A DNA stretch of 63,974 nt, filler included, from Candidatus Methanoxibalbensis ujae (GTDB taxonomy: Archaea; Halobacteriota; Syntropharchaeia; Alkanophagales; Methanospirareceae), in assembly GCA_026134085.1 (NCBI GenBank). It is 10 parts of 10 records of this genome, joined end to end, with 100 filler letters (N's around TTAATTAATTAA, not from the genome) between each part and the next. Parts side by side here need not be neighbours in the genome. Positions count along the whole stretch, not along the records: positions 1 to 7,712 come from JAOQIN010000060.1; positions 7,813 to 14,744 come from JAOQIN010000062.1; 8 more parts are not named here. One strand, 5' to 3'. The notes below the pieces were generated by a model. The model was not told where the DNA came from, did no database searches, and saw only the letters and a program-made list of their open reading frames with translations. How positions within the stretch are numbered: position 1 is the first letter of the stretch; every line of letters starts with the position of its first letter. The position numbers and the translations under genes were made by a program. Below, in pieces: positions 1 through 10,900 of the stretch.

Positions 1-1135
1 CATTCACAAATATTCCATCTCTGACATCCCTCAACAATTCATCTTTTGTTGCGATTGTGTTGCTCTCAATGCATAAGTTTGTCGCTCCTATGACAGGAGT
101 GTGGTCGTATCCTCTGACTGCGTTTCCTGTGCTTTCAACACCATCCTTTGAAGCGGTGTATGAATCATAAAGGAATGATTTCAGTATACCTTTCTCAACA
201 ACAACAGTGCGCTGTGAATGGACTCCTTCTCCATCCATTTTTCTTGTGTTCAATCTGCCAGGGGCTGTTCCATCGTCAATTATCGTCGTTATTTCAGATG
301 CGATCTGTTCACCTGTTTTTCCGCGATACGGAGAGCGATTTCTCTGCACATTCTCAGCGCTGAGATGAGGTATGGTGGTGTATGCGAGTATGCTCTGAAC
401 GGCTCTCGGTGACAGTATCACAGATGTCTCTCTGGTCTCAGCTTTCTCACCTCCGAGACTTTCGGATGCTGTCCTTGAGGCTTCCTCACCTATCCATCTG
501 AAATTCATGTCTCTCAGAGCCCTCCTGGCTTCCCCCTCGCTTCCTGAGACTTCCTCCCCTCTCACATCATCACGGGACACCACAGTTATGCCAGCAGATG
601 CGAATGTGCCAGTGTCGCTCACACAGACGCCATGTGAGTTCATCACGAATATCGTGTCGTATGCTGCGGAAAATCCTCCATCCGTTGGTCTGCAGTTCTT
701 GTATGCGCGGACGCCATCAAGCATCTCCTCGCATCTCTCAATCGCCTCTGCTATTGTGTTCTCATTGACATCATCACACATCTCGACAATATCACGATCA
801 TATGTGCCGACAGGCGTTTTGTATGAGGAAGCAGTGGGAAAACCGCTGAAATCGGCATCTTCCTCAGAAGATCTTGCACGCTTCAAAGCCTCTTCAACAC
901 ACCTCTCAAGAGCTCGCCTGCTTATCTGAGTTGTGTATGAGAAGCCCGTCCTCTTTGCCTCCGCAACTCTCACGCCCACACCGCAACTGCTCATCTTTTT
1001 CACATTTTTCACATTCCATCTCTCGATCTCAATGCTCAGACCAACCGCAGATTCACAGTAAAACTCCACCTCATCACAGCGAGATTCAGCAGACTTCAAC
1101 ACGCTCTCCATCAGAGATGCGATGTCTTCAATCAT
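1..1135 (-). CDS. TldD/PmbA family protein (PmbA-like), 3' end truncated by the window edge
   Basis: Absent from the ORF track because it has no stop. Manual translation from ATG 1135 (GGAGG upstream): MIEDIASLMESV...GVGVRVAEAKRTGFSYTT...IIDDGTAPGRLNTRKMDGEGVHSQRTVVVEKGILKSFLYDSYTA...STGNA; DGEG and STGNA motifs are typical of PmbA/TldD. Confidence 0.85.
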   Translation of the reverse strand, partial: MIEDIASLMESVLKSAESRCDEVEFYCESAVGLSIEIERWNVKNVKKMSSCGVGVRVAEAKRTGFSYTTQISRRALERCVEEALKRARSSEEDADFSGFPTASSYKTPVGTYDRDIVEMCDDVNENTIAEAIERCEEMLDGVRAYKNCRPTDGGFSAAYDTIFVMNSHGVCVSDTGTFASAGITVVSRDDVRGEEVSGSEGEARRALRDMNFRWIGEEASRTASESLGGEKAETRETSVILSPRAVQSILAYTTIPHLSAENVQRNRSPYRGKTGEQIASEITTIIDDGTAPGRLNTRKMDGEGVHSQRTVVVEKGILKSFLYDSYTASKDGVESTGNAVRGYDHTPVIGATNLCIESNTIATKDELLRDVRDGIFVN

Positions 1136-1174
1136 AGCATCTCCTGCCTCCCTGCAGATGTCTGATTCTGATGA

Positions 1175-1822
1175 CTATATAACAGCCTCAAAATCCTCTA
1201 TTTTGTATTCAAAGATGAATTCCTCCCCATTTCCATTGCGCTTGAGCCGTTCACGGAGTGTCTCTCTCGCGAGCAGCCAGTAAATGGTTGCAAGGGATTT
1301 TCTGCCCTTGTTGTTTGCTGGAATGACGAGGTCAACATTTGATATTGAGTTGTTTGTATCGCAAAGTGCCACGACCGGTATGCCGAGCGAAGAAGCCTCT
1401 CTCAATGCCTGATGGTCGCTCATGGGGTCTGTGAGGACAACAACAGAAGGCTCAATATAATGCTCGCTCATTGGATTTGTGAGTGTTCCCGGTATGAACC
1501 TGCCAACAATGACATTTGCGCCAGTCGCCTTACCGAACATGCTCACAGGCTTCTGCCCGTATTCACGAGCGGACACAGCGAGCATTTCGCCAGGCGAGAA
1601 CCTCGCAAGAAACCTTGCAGCAATGCGGATGCGCTCATCTATCTTGCGAATATCAAGCAGATAAAGTCCGTCAGGTCTGACCTGATATATGAAGCGCTCC
1701 ATGTACCGTGTTCTCTGCTGCGTGCCTATGTGAACGCCGTTCATCAGATACTCTGTGTGCGGTATCAGAAGCGAAACTTCATCCCACGCCCTCCTCTCTT
1801 CCTCCATTGAATCGGATGACAT
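1175..1822 (-). CDS. rps2: 30S ribosomal protein S2 (uS2)
   Basis: [29 protein letters not shown] and [11 protein letters not shown] motifs; start moved from 2008 to MSSDSMEE at 1822 because the upstream extension is low-complexity intergenic sequence. Confidence 0.95.
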   Translation of the reverse strand: MSSDSMEEERRAWDEVSLLIPHTEYLMNGVHIGTQQRTRYMERFIYQVRPDGLYLLDIRKIDERIRIAARFLARFSPGEMLAVSAREYGQKPVSMFGKATGANVIVGRFIPGTLTNPMSEHYIEPSVVVLTDPMSDHQALREASSLGIPVVALCDTNNSISNVDLVIPANNKGRKSLATIYWLLARETLRERLKRNGNGEEFIFEYKIEDFEAVI

Positions 1823-2035
1823 GACCTTATATAGGGAAAACGTGATAATAAAACAAGCTGAAAGCGCAGCATGCTCTTCTGCTGTCAGCGCTGTGACGGA
1901 GGTCGGCGAGGAACGCAGAGAACGCAGAGAAAATAAGACGAAACGAAACGAAATAAAACAAAATAAGACAGCGCAGCGCAAACAAAAAAGACAACAATAA
2001 TGGCGCATGTCATGAGATGTGAGGGAGGAGACAGG

Positions 2036-5023
2036 ATGGAGATGCGTTTCAATCGTGAGCCGCAGCGAATTGATTTCGTTGAACTTGAGAAGAGGATTCT
2101 GGAGAAGTGGGACAAGGAGCGGACATTTGAGTGCAGTGTGAAGATGAGGGAGAAGTGTGCGAGATTCGTGTTTGTTGAGGGTCCGCCGACTGCAAACGGA
2201 CTACCTCATCCCGGTCACATATTCACGAGAGCTGTGAAGGATGCTGTCCTGCGCTTGAAGACGATGCAGGGTTTTCTTGTCGAGCGAAAGGCGGGATGGG
2301 ACACGCACGGTCTGCCTGTTGAGATAGAGGTGGAGAAGGAGCTCGGAATAAACAGCAAGCGTGAGATAGAGGAGTTTGGCATCGGAAGATTCAACCAGAG
2401 GTGCAAGGAATCCGTTTTCAGGTATGAGCGTGAGTGGGTGCGTGCAACAAAAAGATTGGGCTTCTGGATAGACATGGATGATCCCTATGTGACATTTCAC
2501 ACCAAATACATGGAATCTGTGTGGTGGTCATTGAAGGAGATATGGAAGAAGGGGCTTCTTTACAAAGGACACAAGGTCGTTCCATACTGTCCGAGATGCG
2601 GGACGCCGCTCTCATCGCATGAGGTTGCTCAGGGATATCGTGATGTTGAGGACCCCTCCGTATTTGTGAAGTTCAGGTTGAAGGGGGAGAAAAACACATC
2701 AATGCTCGCATGGACGACCACACCCTGGACACTCATAGGAAATGTGGCTCTTGCAGTCAATCCCTCACACACATATGTGCGAGTTCGCATGGGCGACGAA
2801 TACATAATACTTGCGGAGGCACGTCTTTGTGAGCTTGAGGGTTTTGATTACGAGATTGTTGAGAGGTTCATGGGAGCAGATACAGAGGGCATGGAATACG
2901 AGCGGCTGTTTGATTATGCTGAGGTCGTGGATGGAGATGCGTTCAAAGTTGTAACTGCGGATTTTGTGACGCTTGATGAGGGGACGGGCGTCGTTCACAT
3001 AGCACCTGCGTTCGGCGCAGAGGATTATGAGGTGCGTCTGCAGAAGGGCCTGGGATTCTGCCAGCCAGTTGATGAGAGAGGATGCTTCACTGTTGAGCCT
3101 TTCAGAGGGATGTTCGTGAAGGATGTGGATGAGCGAATAATTGAGATTCTTGATGAGAGGGGAGTGCTTCTCAAACACGGAAAATACATGCACAAATATC
3201 CTTTCTGCTGGAGATGTCAATCTCCTCTCCTCTATTATGCGAGGGAATCGTGGTTCATACGCATGCGATCACTGCGTGATGACCTGATCAGAAACAATGA
3301 AACAGTCAGATGGTTTCCGGCGCACCTCAAACACGGAAGATTTGGAAACTTCATAGAAAACGCTGAGGACTGGGCACTCAGCAGAGAGAGATACTGGGGA
3401 ACTCCTCTTCCGATATGGATATGCGAGAGATGTGGTCGTGAGGAGTGCATAGGCAGCATCTCAGAAATGCGTGAGAAGATGATAAATCATCTTGAGATAT
3501 CTGACCTTCATCGTCCTTTCATAGATGAGGTTGTGCTCAGGTGCAGATGCGGTGGCGAGATGCGTCGTGTCAGGGATGTGATAGACTGCTGGTATGATTC
3601 GGGTTCGGCGCCTTTCGCGCAGTGGCATTTCCCTTTTGAGAAAAAGGAAAAATTCGCTGAAAACTTCCCGGCTGACTTCATCACCGAGGCGATAGATCAG
3701 ACACGAGGATGGTTCTACTCGCTTCTCGCGGTTTCAACAGCAGTTTTCAACACAGCCCCCTACAAAACCGTGCTGTCTCTCGGACATATACTTGACGAAA
3801 AAGGGGAAAAAATGAGCAAAAGCAAGGGAAATGTCGTCCCCATAGAGAAGATATTCTCAAAATACGGAGCTGATGCGCTTCGCTGGTACTTCTTCACATC
3901 GGGACCCCCCTACGAGGACATAAAATTCTCAGAAAAAGCGATAGCTGAGAGGCAGCGGAAATTCATAAATACACTGTGGAACTCCTATTTCTTCTTCATC
4001 ACATACGCATCAATAGACAATTTCGTTCCTGAAAATGTGAATATTCCTGTTGATGAGCGCGATTATCTTGATAAATGGATAATCTCAAGGCTTAATTCGC
4101 TCATAAAGGATGTGAGAAAGCATTCAGAAGTGTTTGAATTTCATCTTGCTACGAGAAAAACAGAGGAATTTGTTATTGATGAGCTGAGCAACTGGTATAT
4201 ACGCAGATCGAGGAGGAGATTCTGGATTGAGGGAGAGAGCAGGGATAAACACTGTGCATATCTGACGCTTTATGAGGTGCTTGTGACTCTTTGCAAGCTT
4301 CTCGCTCCTTTCATACCTTTCATAACGGAGCATATATACTGCAATCTGAAATCGGACGGGGATAAGGAGAGCGTGCATCTCTGCGACTATCCCGAATGTG
4401 ATAATGCGCTCGTTGATGAGGATCTTGAGGTTGCGATGCTTATCGTGATGAAGATTGTTGAGGCGGGGAGGAGGGTGAGGTCTGATGCCGGAATAAAAAT
4501 GAGGCAGCCATTGCGTGAGATTGTTGTATGCTGCGATCAAAAAATTTATGAGAAAATCGCAGGGTTCGCTGATTTGATATGCGAGGAGCTGAATGTCAAG
4601 GAGATGAGGTGGAGCGATGAGCCTCCGTCTGACACAGTATACAGAGGAGCTGCAATATCAGCAGCTGACAGGGAGATATCTGTTTTCGTGAACACGGAAC
4701 TTGACGCAAGCCTCGTGAGAGAGGGACTTATGCGAGAGATCGTGAGGAGAATTCAGGAAATGCGAAAGCAGCTTGACCTGCCTTACACCGCACGGATAAA
4801 GGTGTTCTATACAAGCGATGACGATGACATCAGGAATGCAATATCAGAATTTCGCTCGTATATATGCAGTGAGACGCTTTCAGATGGCATATACGAGACT
4901 GAGAAAGAGACTGATGGGGACCTCGCCAGAGAATGGAAAATAGGCAACAAAAGGATATTCATCGTGATAAAAAAAGAAAAAGAAAAAGAAGAAAGAGATA
5001 GAGGAGGAGGAAACAGGAAATAA
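2036..5023 (+). CDS. ileS: isoleucine--tRNA ligase
   Basis: [13 protein letters not shown] (HIGH), [18 protein letters not shown] editing motif, [21 protein letters not shown] before ATG 2036. Confidence 0.97.
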   Translation: MEMRFNREPQRIDFVELEKRILEKWDKERTFECSVKMREKCARFVFVEGPPTANGLPHPGHIFTRAVKDAVLRLKTMQGFLVERKAGWDTHGLPVEIEVEKELGINSKREIEEFGIGRFNQRCKESVFRYEREWVRATKRLGFWIDMDDPYVTFHTKYMESVWWSLKEIWKKGLLYKGHKVVPYCPRCGTPLSSHEVAQGYRDVEDPSVFVKFRLKGEKNTSMLAWTTTPWTLIGNVALAVNPSHTYVRVRMGDEYIILAEARLCELEGFDYEIVERFMGADTEGMEYERLFDYAEVVDGDAFKVVTADFVTLDEGTGVVHIAPAFGAEDYEVRLQKGLGFCQPVDERGCFTVEPFRGMFVKDVDERIIEILDERGVLLKHGKYMHKYPFCWRCQSPLLYYARESWFIRMRSLRDDLIRNNETVRWFPAHLKHGRFGNFIENAEDWALSRERYWGTPLPIWICERCGREECIGSISEMREKMINHLEISDLHRPFIDEVVLRCRCGGEMRRVRDVIDCWYDSGSAPFAQWHFPFEKKEKFAENFPADFITEAIDQTRGWFYSLLAVSTAVFNTAPYKTVLSLGHILDEKGEKMSKSKGNVVPIEKIFSKYGADALRWYFFTSGPPYEDIKFSEKAIAERQRKFINTLWNSYFFFITYASIDNFVPENVNIPVDERDYLDKWIISRLNSLIKDVRKHSEVFEFHLATRKTEEFVIDELSNWYIRRSRRRFWIEGESRDKHCAYLTLYEVLVTLCKLLAPFIPFITEHIYCNLKSDGDKESVHLCDYPECDNALVDEDLEVAMLIVMKIVEAGRRVRSDAGIKMRQPLREIVVCCDQKIYEKIAGFADLICEELNVKEMRWSDEPPSDTVYRGAAISAADREISVFVNTELDASLVREGLMREIVRRIQEMRKQLDLPYTARIKVFYTSDDDDIRNAISEFRSYICSETLSDGIYETEKETDGDLAREWKIGNKRIFIVIKKEKEKEERDRGGGNRK

Positions 5024-5277
5024 TGAGAGTGAAAATGGATGAACAGCAAAAATAGCAAAAATAATGAAGAAAAATGAAGAAAAATGAAGAAAGGCCGAGA
5101 AAGAAGTGAGAGAAGAGAATAAATGACGGGGCTCTGCTCATCCCATCTTCTTAATGCCGTCTCTCAGCCTCCCCTTCCGCCAGTTATGCTGCGCGAAGGC
5201 GACGAAGGCGACGAAAAAAACAGTAATATTTAAGTGATGTGTTGTGAAGGGGATGAGAAAAAGGAGGATGATGGAAA

Positions 5278-5469
5278 ATGCCGATAAAGATAGACCTGGA
5301 CAAGTGTGATGGATGTGGGACCTGTGCTGAGGAGTGCCCTGTGCAGTGCATAACGATCGTTGAGGAAGGCGACAGAAAATATGCCACAGTGAACAATGAT
5401 GAATGCACAGATTGCGAGACATGCGTGGACGCATGTGAAAAAGGCGCCATATCAATGATTGAAGCCTGA
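5278..5469 (+). CDS. 2x[4Fe-4S] ferredoxin
   Basis: CDGCGTCAEECP and CTDCETCVDAC motifs in 63 aa. Confidence 0.92.
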   Translation: MPIKIDLDKCDGCGTCAEECPVQCITIVEEGDRKYATVNNDECTDCETCVDACEKGAISMIEA

Positions 5470-5488
5470 GTGCTGATGGATGCTCGCT

Positions 5489-5517
5489 GTTTTTTTATTA
5501 TTTTTTATTATTTTTTT
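5489..5517 (+). terminator. oligo-T tract, probable archaeal intrinsic terminator
   Basis: Three consecutive T-runs directly after the ferredoxin stop, between convergent genes. Confidence 0.5.
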
Positions 5518-5557
5518 CCTCTCATTCTCAACTCAACGACAATCAACGACAGAATTC

Positions 5558-6112
5558 TCAACTCACACGTGCGAGGCAGTAGCTGATGAACCTTGTTGAA
5601 GGAAACTCATGTATTGTTGTTGCGATTATCTCGCCTTTTCCGATGTCAGAAGCGACGAGAATTGGTCTTTTGTTTCCTTTTAAAAGCACTTCTGCGCCAT
5701 CCACAAAATCAAAAAAACCATCACACATGCATTCATCTGCCTCAACAAGCGATGTTGCTGCATGGTTGCTCACTGTTTCAATGCGTGTCCTCTCAAATCC
5801 GAGCCTGTATCTCAGGTGAATCGTCTGCGGAAGCCAATCATAAGCTCTCTCATCATCAGATATGGAACCACATGCCACCAGTATACCGCCCGCACGAACG
5901 AATCTTTCTATGATTATCCTGCCAGCTCGCAGCAGTTTAAGCATGTTGGAATACATGTTGTTCCCAAAACCGGAAGGAACAATGACAAGTTTATACGAAA
6001 CCAAGCTCAAAACACGAGGATCACTGATAACATCGCTCTTATATCCCTTCACAAGCAGATATTTTTGGAAAATCGTGATTCTTCCATCCCACAGTAAAGC
6101 TATCCTCCCCAT
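5558..6112 (-). CDS. hypothetical protein, possibly class I glutamine amidotransferase-like fold
   Basis: 184 aa; YKLVIVPSGF, IERFVRAGGILVACG and GKGEIIATTIHE resemble GATase1-like archaeal proteins; follows DUF488 on the same strand. Confidence 0.55.
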   Translation of the reverse strand: MGRIALLWDGRITIFQKYLLVKGYKSDVISDPRVLSLVSYKLVIVPSGFGNNMYSNMLKLLRAGRIIIERFVRAGGILVACGSISDDERAYDWLPQTIHLRYRLGFERTRIETVSNHAATSLVEADECMCDGFFDFVDGAEVLLKGNKRPILVASDIGKGEIIATTIHEFPSTRFISYCLARVS

Positions 6113-6134
6113 CGCTCATCACATGCTCACAGCC

Positions 6135-6575
6135 TCAGACTTCCAATTTTGATTCTTTCTGCCTGTGTTTCTGCGTTCTTCTCTCATCAATTATGTGTAT
6201 AACCTCATGTCCTCTGCTGACGAGGGCATCTGCGATGAACCTGCGATGGCACTTGAAGAACAGCTTTTCAGCACACAATATGGCTGTGTTTCTCTCAGAT
6301 GCAATCCGCTCAACGAATTCAATGCCTCGCTTGAATTCATCTGTGAGCATGTGTTTTCGGTAGCCTCCTTTCCGATATCCTCCGAGGTCCTCACACAGAT
6401 AATACGCGATATTAGCATTTTTCAGTATTTTCTCAAGTGAATCGCTGCTAAAATGTTTCAGTCTTGATAGGGGAAATCGCCTGACATCCACAACCGCACT
6501 TATGTTGAAGTGTTTGAGCAGCTGTATGAACTCCTCCTCCCCCCTTTTGCTCGTGCCAACAGTCCATATCTTCAT
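6135..6575 (-). CDS. DUF488 family protein
   Basis: IWTVGTS, VVDVRRFPLS, LGGYR and LCAEKLFFKCHRRFIADAL motifs. Confidence 0.88.
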   Translation of the reverse strand: MKIWTVGTSKRGEEEFIQLLKHFNISAVVDVRRFPLSRLKHFSSDSLEKILKNANIAYYLCEDLGGYRKGGYRKHMLTDEFKRGIEFVERIASERNTAILCAEKLFFKCHRRFIADALVSRGHEVIHIIDERRTQKHRQKESKLEV

Positions 6576-6695
6576 AGCTCATCATTTTTATGCATGCTAA
6601 AAAAGCTTGCGGTTTCGTGGGGGAGAGGTGGTATCTCAGGATCAATCAATCAGGATCCCAAGCGTAGGATGCCTGATCGGAAAATCAATGATTTG

Positions 6696-7665
6696 CTTTC
6701 AATTCTACCTTAGTCTGTGTTTAACAAAGTATTTAAATGGTGGGAGGGAAGAGAGGAGTGCTTTCAATCCTACCATAGTCCGTGTTTAACATGTCAGCAT
6801 CCTGACAGAGCATTCTTCAAGCGAGACGCTTTCAATCCTACCATAGTCCGTGTTTAACTTGAAAGAGTTGACGGAAGACTAACTGTGACTAAGTTCTTTC
6901 AATCCTACCATAGTCCGTGTTTAACCAATAAAGCAGTAACATTCGTGCCTGTCTATGATCCAACTTTCAATCCTACCATAGTCCGTGTTTAACTCAGAGA
7001 CACCACTGATCCTTTTTCTTTTCTTTTTTCTTTCAATCCTACCATAGTCCGTGTTTAACAGAAGCAGCTGGAGAAAAGAGCAAAAGAAATCACAGCTTTC
7101 AATCCTACCATAGTCCGTGTTTAACAAAAATGCTCTGTCGGGATGTTGACACCTGCCTTCTCTTTCAATCCTACCATAGTCCGTGTTTAACTCAATCGAT
7201 TCAACCATCTGATTAGAAATGAAGCTCACTTTCAATCCTACCATAGTCCGTGTTTAACCACAACCCCTAATGTTGCTACACCTTCCAGAACGAACGCCTT
7301 TCAATCCTACCATAGTCCGTGTTTAACTGTTGAACTTGCAATTCACACAAGAGTGTCCAAGAAGTCTTTCAATCCTACCATAGTCCGTGTTTAACTAAAT
7401 TTAAGGATGAGGTGGAAGAAGTGCCCTATAACGCTTTCAATCCTACCATAGTCCGTGTTTAACTTTTCTCATCTTTTTGGCCGAAGACTTTGTGTCATAC
7501 TTTCAATCCTACCATAGTCCGTGTTTAACCAAACGCAACAGTTGATGCGTGCGATGTTAACGCGGACTTTCAATCCTACCATAGTCCGTGTTTAACCAAA
7601 ATCAAGTATGGAAGGGAGATTGCTCGCTATGTTCTCTTTCAATCCTACCATAGTCCGTGTTTAAC
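6696..7665 (-). CRISPR. CRISPR array, 15 repeats and 14 spacers; repeat GTTAAACACGGACTATGGTAGGATTGAAAG (30 nt)
   Basis: Plus-strand CTTTCAATCCTACCATAGTCCGTGTTTAAC at 6761, 6829, 6896, 6964, 7030, 7096, 7162, 7229, 7298, 7366, 7434, 7500, 7567 and 7636, plus a degenerate copy at 6696; spacers 35-39 nt. The ATTGAAAG 3' end and degenerate left repeat indicate minus-strand transcription. No cas genes on this contig. Confidence 0.98.
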
Positions 7666-7712
7666 AGCCTCTGATATTTCTCATTTCCCCGTATATCGGG
7701 AATCTCCTTTCT
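7666..7712 (-). promoter_or_regulatory. probable start of the CRISPR leader, cut by the contig end
   Basis: 47 nt of non-repeat sequence, longer than any spacer, next to the non-degenerate end of the array. Confidence 0.55.
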
Positions 7713-7937
7713 NNNNNNNNNNNNNNNNNNNNNNNNNNNNNNNNNNNNNNNNNNNNTTAATTAATTAANNNNNNNNNNNNNNNNNNNNNNNNNNNNNNNN
7801 NNNNNNNNNNNNGCAAACTCTGATAATTTTTGCAGATAATTTTTGCAACTCAATACTGCTCTGGTAAAACATAAAAAATTGTCTGTTCTACGCACTTGAC
7901 ATCCAATCCTTTTAGTACCACCTGATAGTGCCCTGGC

Positions 7938-9296
7938 TTAAGAAGGCTGCCATCGTTTCTGATCCCAGGTCCTTAGCGTTTCATCTGGATGAATTAACAC
8001 GGCAGTTTGCTCCACTTTAGGCCTGTAAATAAGACCATTCGTTATATTATACATATCAGGATAGATTTTCGGAAATTTGGCGTATATACTCTCCTCTGGA
8101 CTGCAATGTAATCTGCTTTCAATTTCTGCATCAATCATCGGCAATACTATTACTTCCCAAGGAGCTGAATTGGGAAGGGTTATCGTCTTGTTACCGATGT
8201 TTTCAAGAAAAATTCTGATTTTTTCACCCTGAACAAATTCATGAACAAATTCTTCTTTATCGTTGTTCAGATACAATCGTAGCTTTGGCGCCCATAAGGA
8301 GTTTTGTGGTGGTGTAGGAACAGAAATTGAAGTTATGTTAAACTCTTTGATTTTTATCACTTTTTTCGTTTCCGTGTCAACTACGCAATGAATACCGTAT
8401 AACCCCTCTGCTCTTTCCTCATGTGGATTAAAGTCTGGAGTAAATATCAGCTCAACTATGTCTGGTTCATCGGGTGACATAGCAAATACAACAGATACGT
8501 TTTCATGTTTTTCTTTTAGAGATTCAAGTTTACTTCTTGCCTCTTTATCTGTCAACACAATATCAATTAACCTATCAGTCCTGTAGTCTCCAATGATTTT
8601 CTCAACCTTCCCAGTGGTGAGATTTACCCAGCAGGAAAAGCCTTGTGATTCAGTTGGAAATGCAACTGGCTCATTCTTAACTTTCTCTATTTTTTGCGAG
8701 TCTATATTGATTGAAAAACGAACCATGGCAGAAGTATCGCCATATGGATTAAACGACCAAACTTTTGGATATACCTTGCCATACCTACTTTCCAGAAATT
8801 CAACTATTTCCCTTACCTCAGAATCCATTAAAGCCAGATCAATGATTCCCTGGTAATTAACCTCAACATCTCCACGCTCATTCACTTCAACAATCTTTAT
8901 TCCATTTATTTGAATGGGTTCCGGGGGTTCTGGCGTAATTATGCGTGGAGTTGCAGTCTCAGTTTCAACTTTAATGATTTCTTCATTCTTCACATAAACC
9001 AAAACGACTTCGTATGAGTTATTATATTCCATATTTTCTGGCTGAAATATCACCAAGGTGTAATTCTCGTGAGGCTTAACAATGCATTCATAACTTCCAT
9101 ATTTGCTTTCTAAATCCTCTATCCTATCTTTTACCTCAATTTTTGCAAGATATTCAGCTGAGTTGTTGTCGAACTCGTTACCAGTTTTTGAAGTAGAATT
9201 ACCTCCCATTTCATCAGTATTTATCAATTCATTAGTCAGGAATGAAAATGACAATATTGCAATCATGACACAGAAAATTATCAATGCTTTTTTCAT
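7938..9296 (-). CDS. secreted or membrane-anchored hypothetical protein; C-terminal Ig-like domain probably frameshifted
   Basis: Signal/anchor MKKALIIFCVMIAILSFSFL; internally repeated ...V(N/D)xxTxKVxKI units; ends TWDQK, with PGHYQVVLKG continuing in another frame. Confidence 0.7.
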   Translation of the reverse strand: MKKALIIFCVMIAILSFSFLTNELINTDEMGGNSTSKTGNEFDNNSAEYLAKIEVKDRIEDLESKYGSYECIVKPHENYTLVIFQPENMEYNNSYEVVLVYVKNEEIIKVETETATPRIITPEPPEPIQINGIKIVEVNERGDVEVNYQGIIDLALMDSEVREIVEFLESRYGKVYPKVWSFNPYGDTSAMVRFSINIDSQKIEKVKNEPVAFPTESQGFSCWVNLTTGKVEKIIGDYRTDRLIDIVLTDKEARSKLESLKEKHENVSVVFAMSPDEPDIVELIFTPDFNPHEERAEGLYGIHCVVDTETKKVIKIKEFNITSISVPTPPQNSLWAPKLRLYLNNDKEEFVHEFVQGEKIRIFLENIGNKTITLPNSAPWEVIVLPMIDAEIESRLHCSPEESIYAKFPKIYPDMYNITNGLIYRPKVEQTAVLIHPDETLRTWDQKRWQPS

Positions 9297-9366
9297 TTCT
9301 ATCCTACCTTATTTTTTGCCCATCAATTATTATTTCAAACATCCCTTTTTGGTCATATCGAATTTC

Positions 9367-9447
9367 GCCTAACGTCTTGCGGACATGCGAAGTTTCCCGA
9401 AGGGGAATTTGGCGAAGCGAAGCGTAGCCGTATGTCCTCTGTTGGGC
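9367..9447 (-). mobile_element. attC-like integron recombination site A
   Basis: Minus strand GCCCAAC-agagg...cttcgcatgtccgcaagac-GTTAGGC, 81 bp, with inner inverted arms. Confidence 0.8.
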
Positions 9448-9611
9448 GACGTTGCCATGAATTCATCAATCCTCTCCAATCCAAGCTTTTGAATTAAATC
9501 CATCGGCAGAACGGACATGGTTGCACCAGTATCAATGACGGCTTCTATCTCTATGGATTTTGATGTGTCTTTAAAGTTTGTAACCTTTACCCTCTCAACG
9601 ACCTTGCCCAT
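9448..9611 (-). pseudogene. truncated clan AA (retropepsin-like) aspartic protease cassette gene
   Basis: MGKVVERVKVTN...EAVIDTGATMSVLP (DTG motif); similarity ends after about 51 aa and the frame runs into attC site A. Confidence 0.75.
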
Positions 9612-9698
9612 TTTGATTCCTCCTTTCACTATGGATTGTAATCATAATACCATAATATCAAATATGTCAATCATCTTTTTAAACCTTTCTGCAATGTC

Positions 9699-9784
9699 GC
9701 TTAACGTTCTGGGCATATCCGCCAAGCAAAGCGAGGAATTTGGACAAGCAAAGAGAAGTCGGATATGCACCTGTCGTTGTCGGC
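9699..9784 (-). mobile_element. attC-like site B (degenerate)
   Basis: Plus strand GCTTAAC-gttctgg-GCATATCCG...CGGATATGC-acctgtcGTTG; inverted arms intact, one core box decayed. Confidence 0.6.
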
Positions 9785-9849
9785 GAAAGAACATTTTTCA
9801 CACTCCATTATTACACCAATAAAGGAAAAATTAGAAAACCAAATGCATT

Positions 9850-10474
9850 ATTTATTCCGTGAACCACAACACATGACCAAATGCTTCTCTCTTTGAGGTA
9901 TAGCAGGACGAGTCTGCTGATAGATACTTATATCTATTGTGGGACCCAAACCGAAAAACTTTAGATGCACAAAAGTAAATGCCAGCCAGGATACAATGGC
10001 ACCTATCCATCTATGTCCTGTTAACGAAGTTAATTTCTCAATGAGGTATTATAAAATACTTCTTCAAGTCCCAGTAAGGAATAGACCAAAGAGATGATAG
10101 GATTGTTTAGCATAGGCTGGAGACTTCTTAACCCTTCAAATCCTACCGCTTTCAAGGCAAAACTACTACCTGTCCAAAGAACCATAAGTATGAGATAAGT
10201 CAAAGCACCTTCCCAGAGATATCCTTCTGAACTTTCCAAATCCAATGCTTTCAAGATTGCTGCCTTCAATTTTGGGAATCCAGAAAACAAGTAATATCAA
10301 AAGAATGAGCCATTCTACTAAAACAGCCATTCCAATATGAATGTTTCTTGCATACTTCAGAAAAAACATCACGTAATATAAACTCACTTCCTAAAACAAT
10401 GATTAAACCTATCACATAGACCAACTTCTCTGAAAATTTCCTGCTGTTCCCCACTTCATTTTGCCTTAATTCAT
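9850..10474 (-). pseudogene. fragmented membrane protein, probably CPBP/CAAX (Abi) intramembrane metalloprotease
   Basis: Three short overlapping hydrophobic ORFs in different frames (10266-10454, 10166-10387, 10030-10290); LEEVFY resembles the EExxFR motif; boundaries approximate. Confidence 0.55.
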
Positions 10475-10508
10475 ATTTTTACCTCAGTATTGTCCCGAAG
10501 CCGATTGC

Positions 10509-10575
10509 GTATAACGGATTGCGGGTATGCGAAGCCCGTGAAGGTAGGATAGGTGATAGCGAACCGCTGTCAGGC
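10509..10575 (-). mobile_element. attC-like site C
   Basis: Minus strand GCCTGAC-agcgg...cttcgcatacccgcaatcc-GTTATAC; shares GCGGGTATGCGAAGCC with sites D and F; cupin stop codon 10 nt away. Confidence 0.7.
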
Positions 10576-10585
10576 GACATTGCTT

Positions 10586-10900
10586 TTACCTTTTCACCAC
10601 CTGTATGCCCATTATCTTGACGCCATCATTTGTCCTCACAGATAATGTTGCGGGTTCAGTAATAAGACACTGTCCTTCTTTAATACTTACTTTTTCTTGA
10701 TTGACCCTTACTTCTGCTGCCCCCTCAATAACATAGAAAATAACATATGAAGCCATTTCACAAGTTGGCATCTCCCCGCCGGCTGGAAGCTCAATAATTC
10801 TTGCTTTGAATTCCTCAGCCTCATAAAAGACATTCTTATCCCTTTCCTCATACGGATATGCTTTCATTGCTTTAAGATCAAATACCTGCATCCTCTTCAC
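10586..10900 (-). CDS. cupin domain protein
   Basis: IIELPAGGEMP..., VIFYVIEGAAEVRV, EGQCLITEP beta-barrel pattern; metal-binding histidines not evident. Confidence 0.75.
   Translation of the reverse strand: MKRMQVFDLKAMKAYPYEERDKNVFYEAEEFKARIIELPAGGEMPTCEMASYVIFYVIEGAAEVRVNQEKVSIKEGQCLITEPATLSVRTNDGVKIMGIQVVKR

Noticed and set aside
6921..7244. 107-aa ORF with repeated LNTDYGRIE
   Set aside because: Translation of CRISPR repeats and spacers
7713..7812. N-run with central TTAATTAATTAA, repeated nine times in the window
   Set aside because: Artificial contig linker with stops in all frames; contigs are in descending length order, so cross-linker adjacency has no biological meaning
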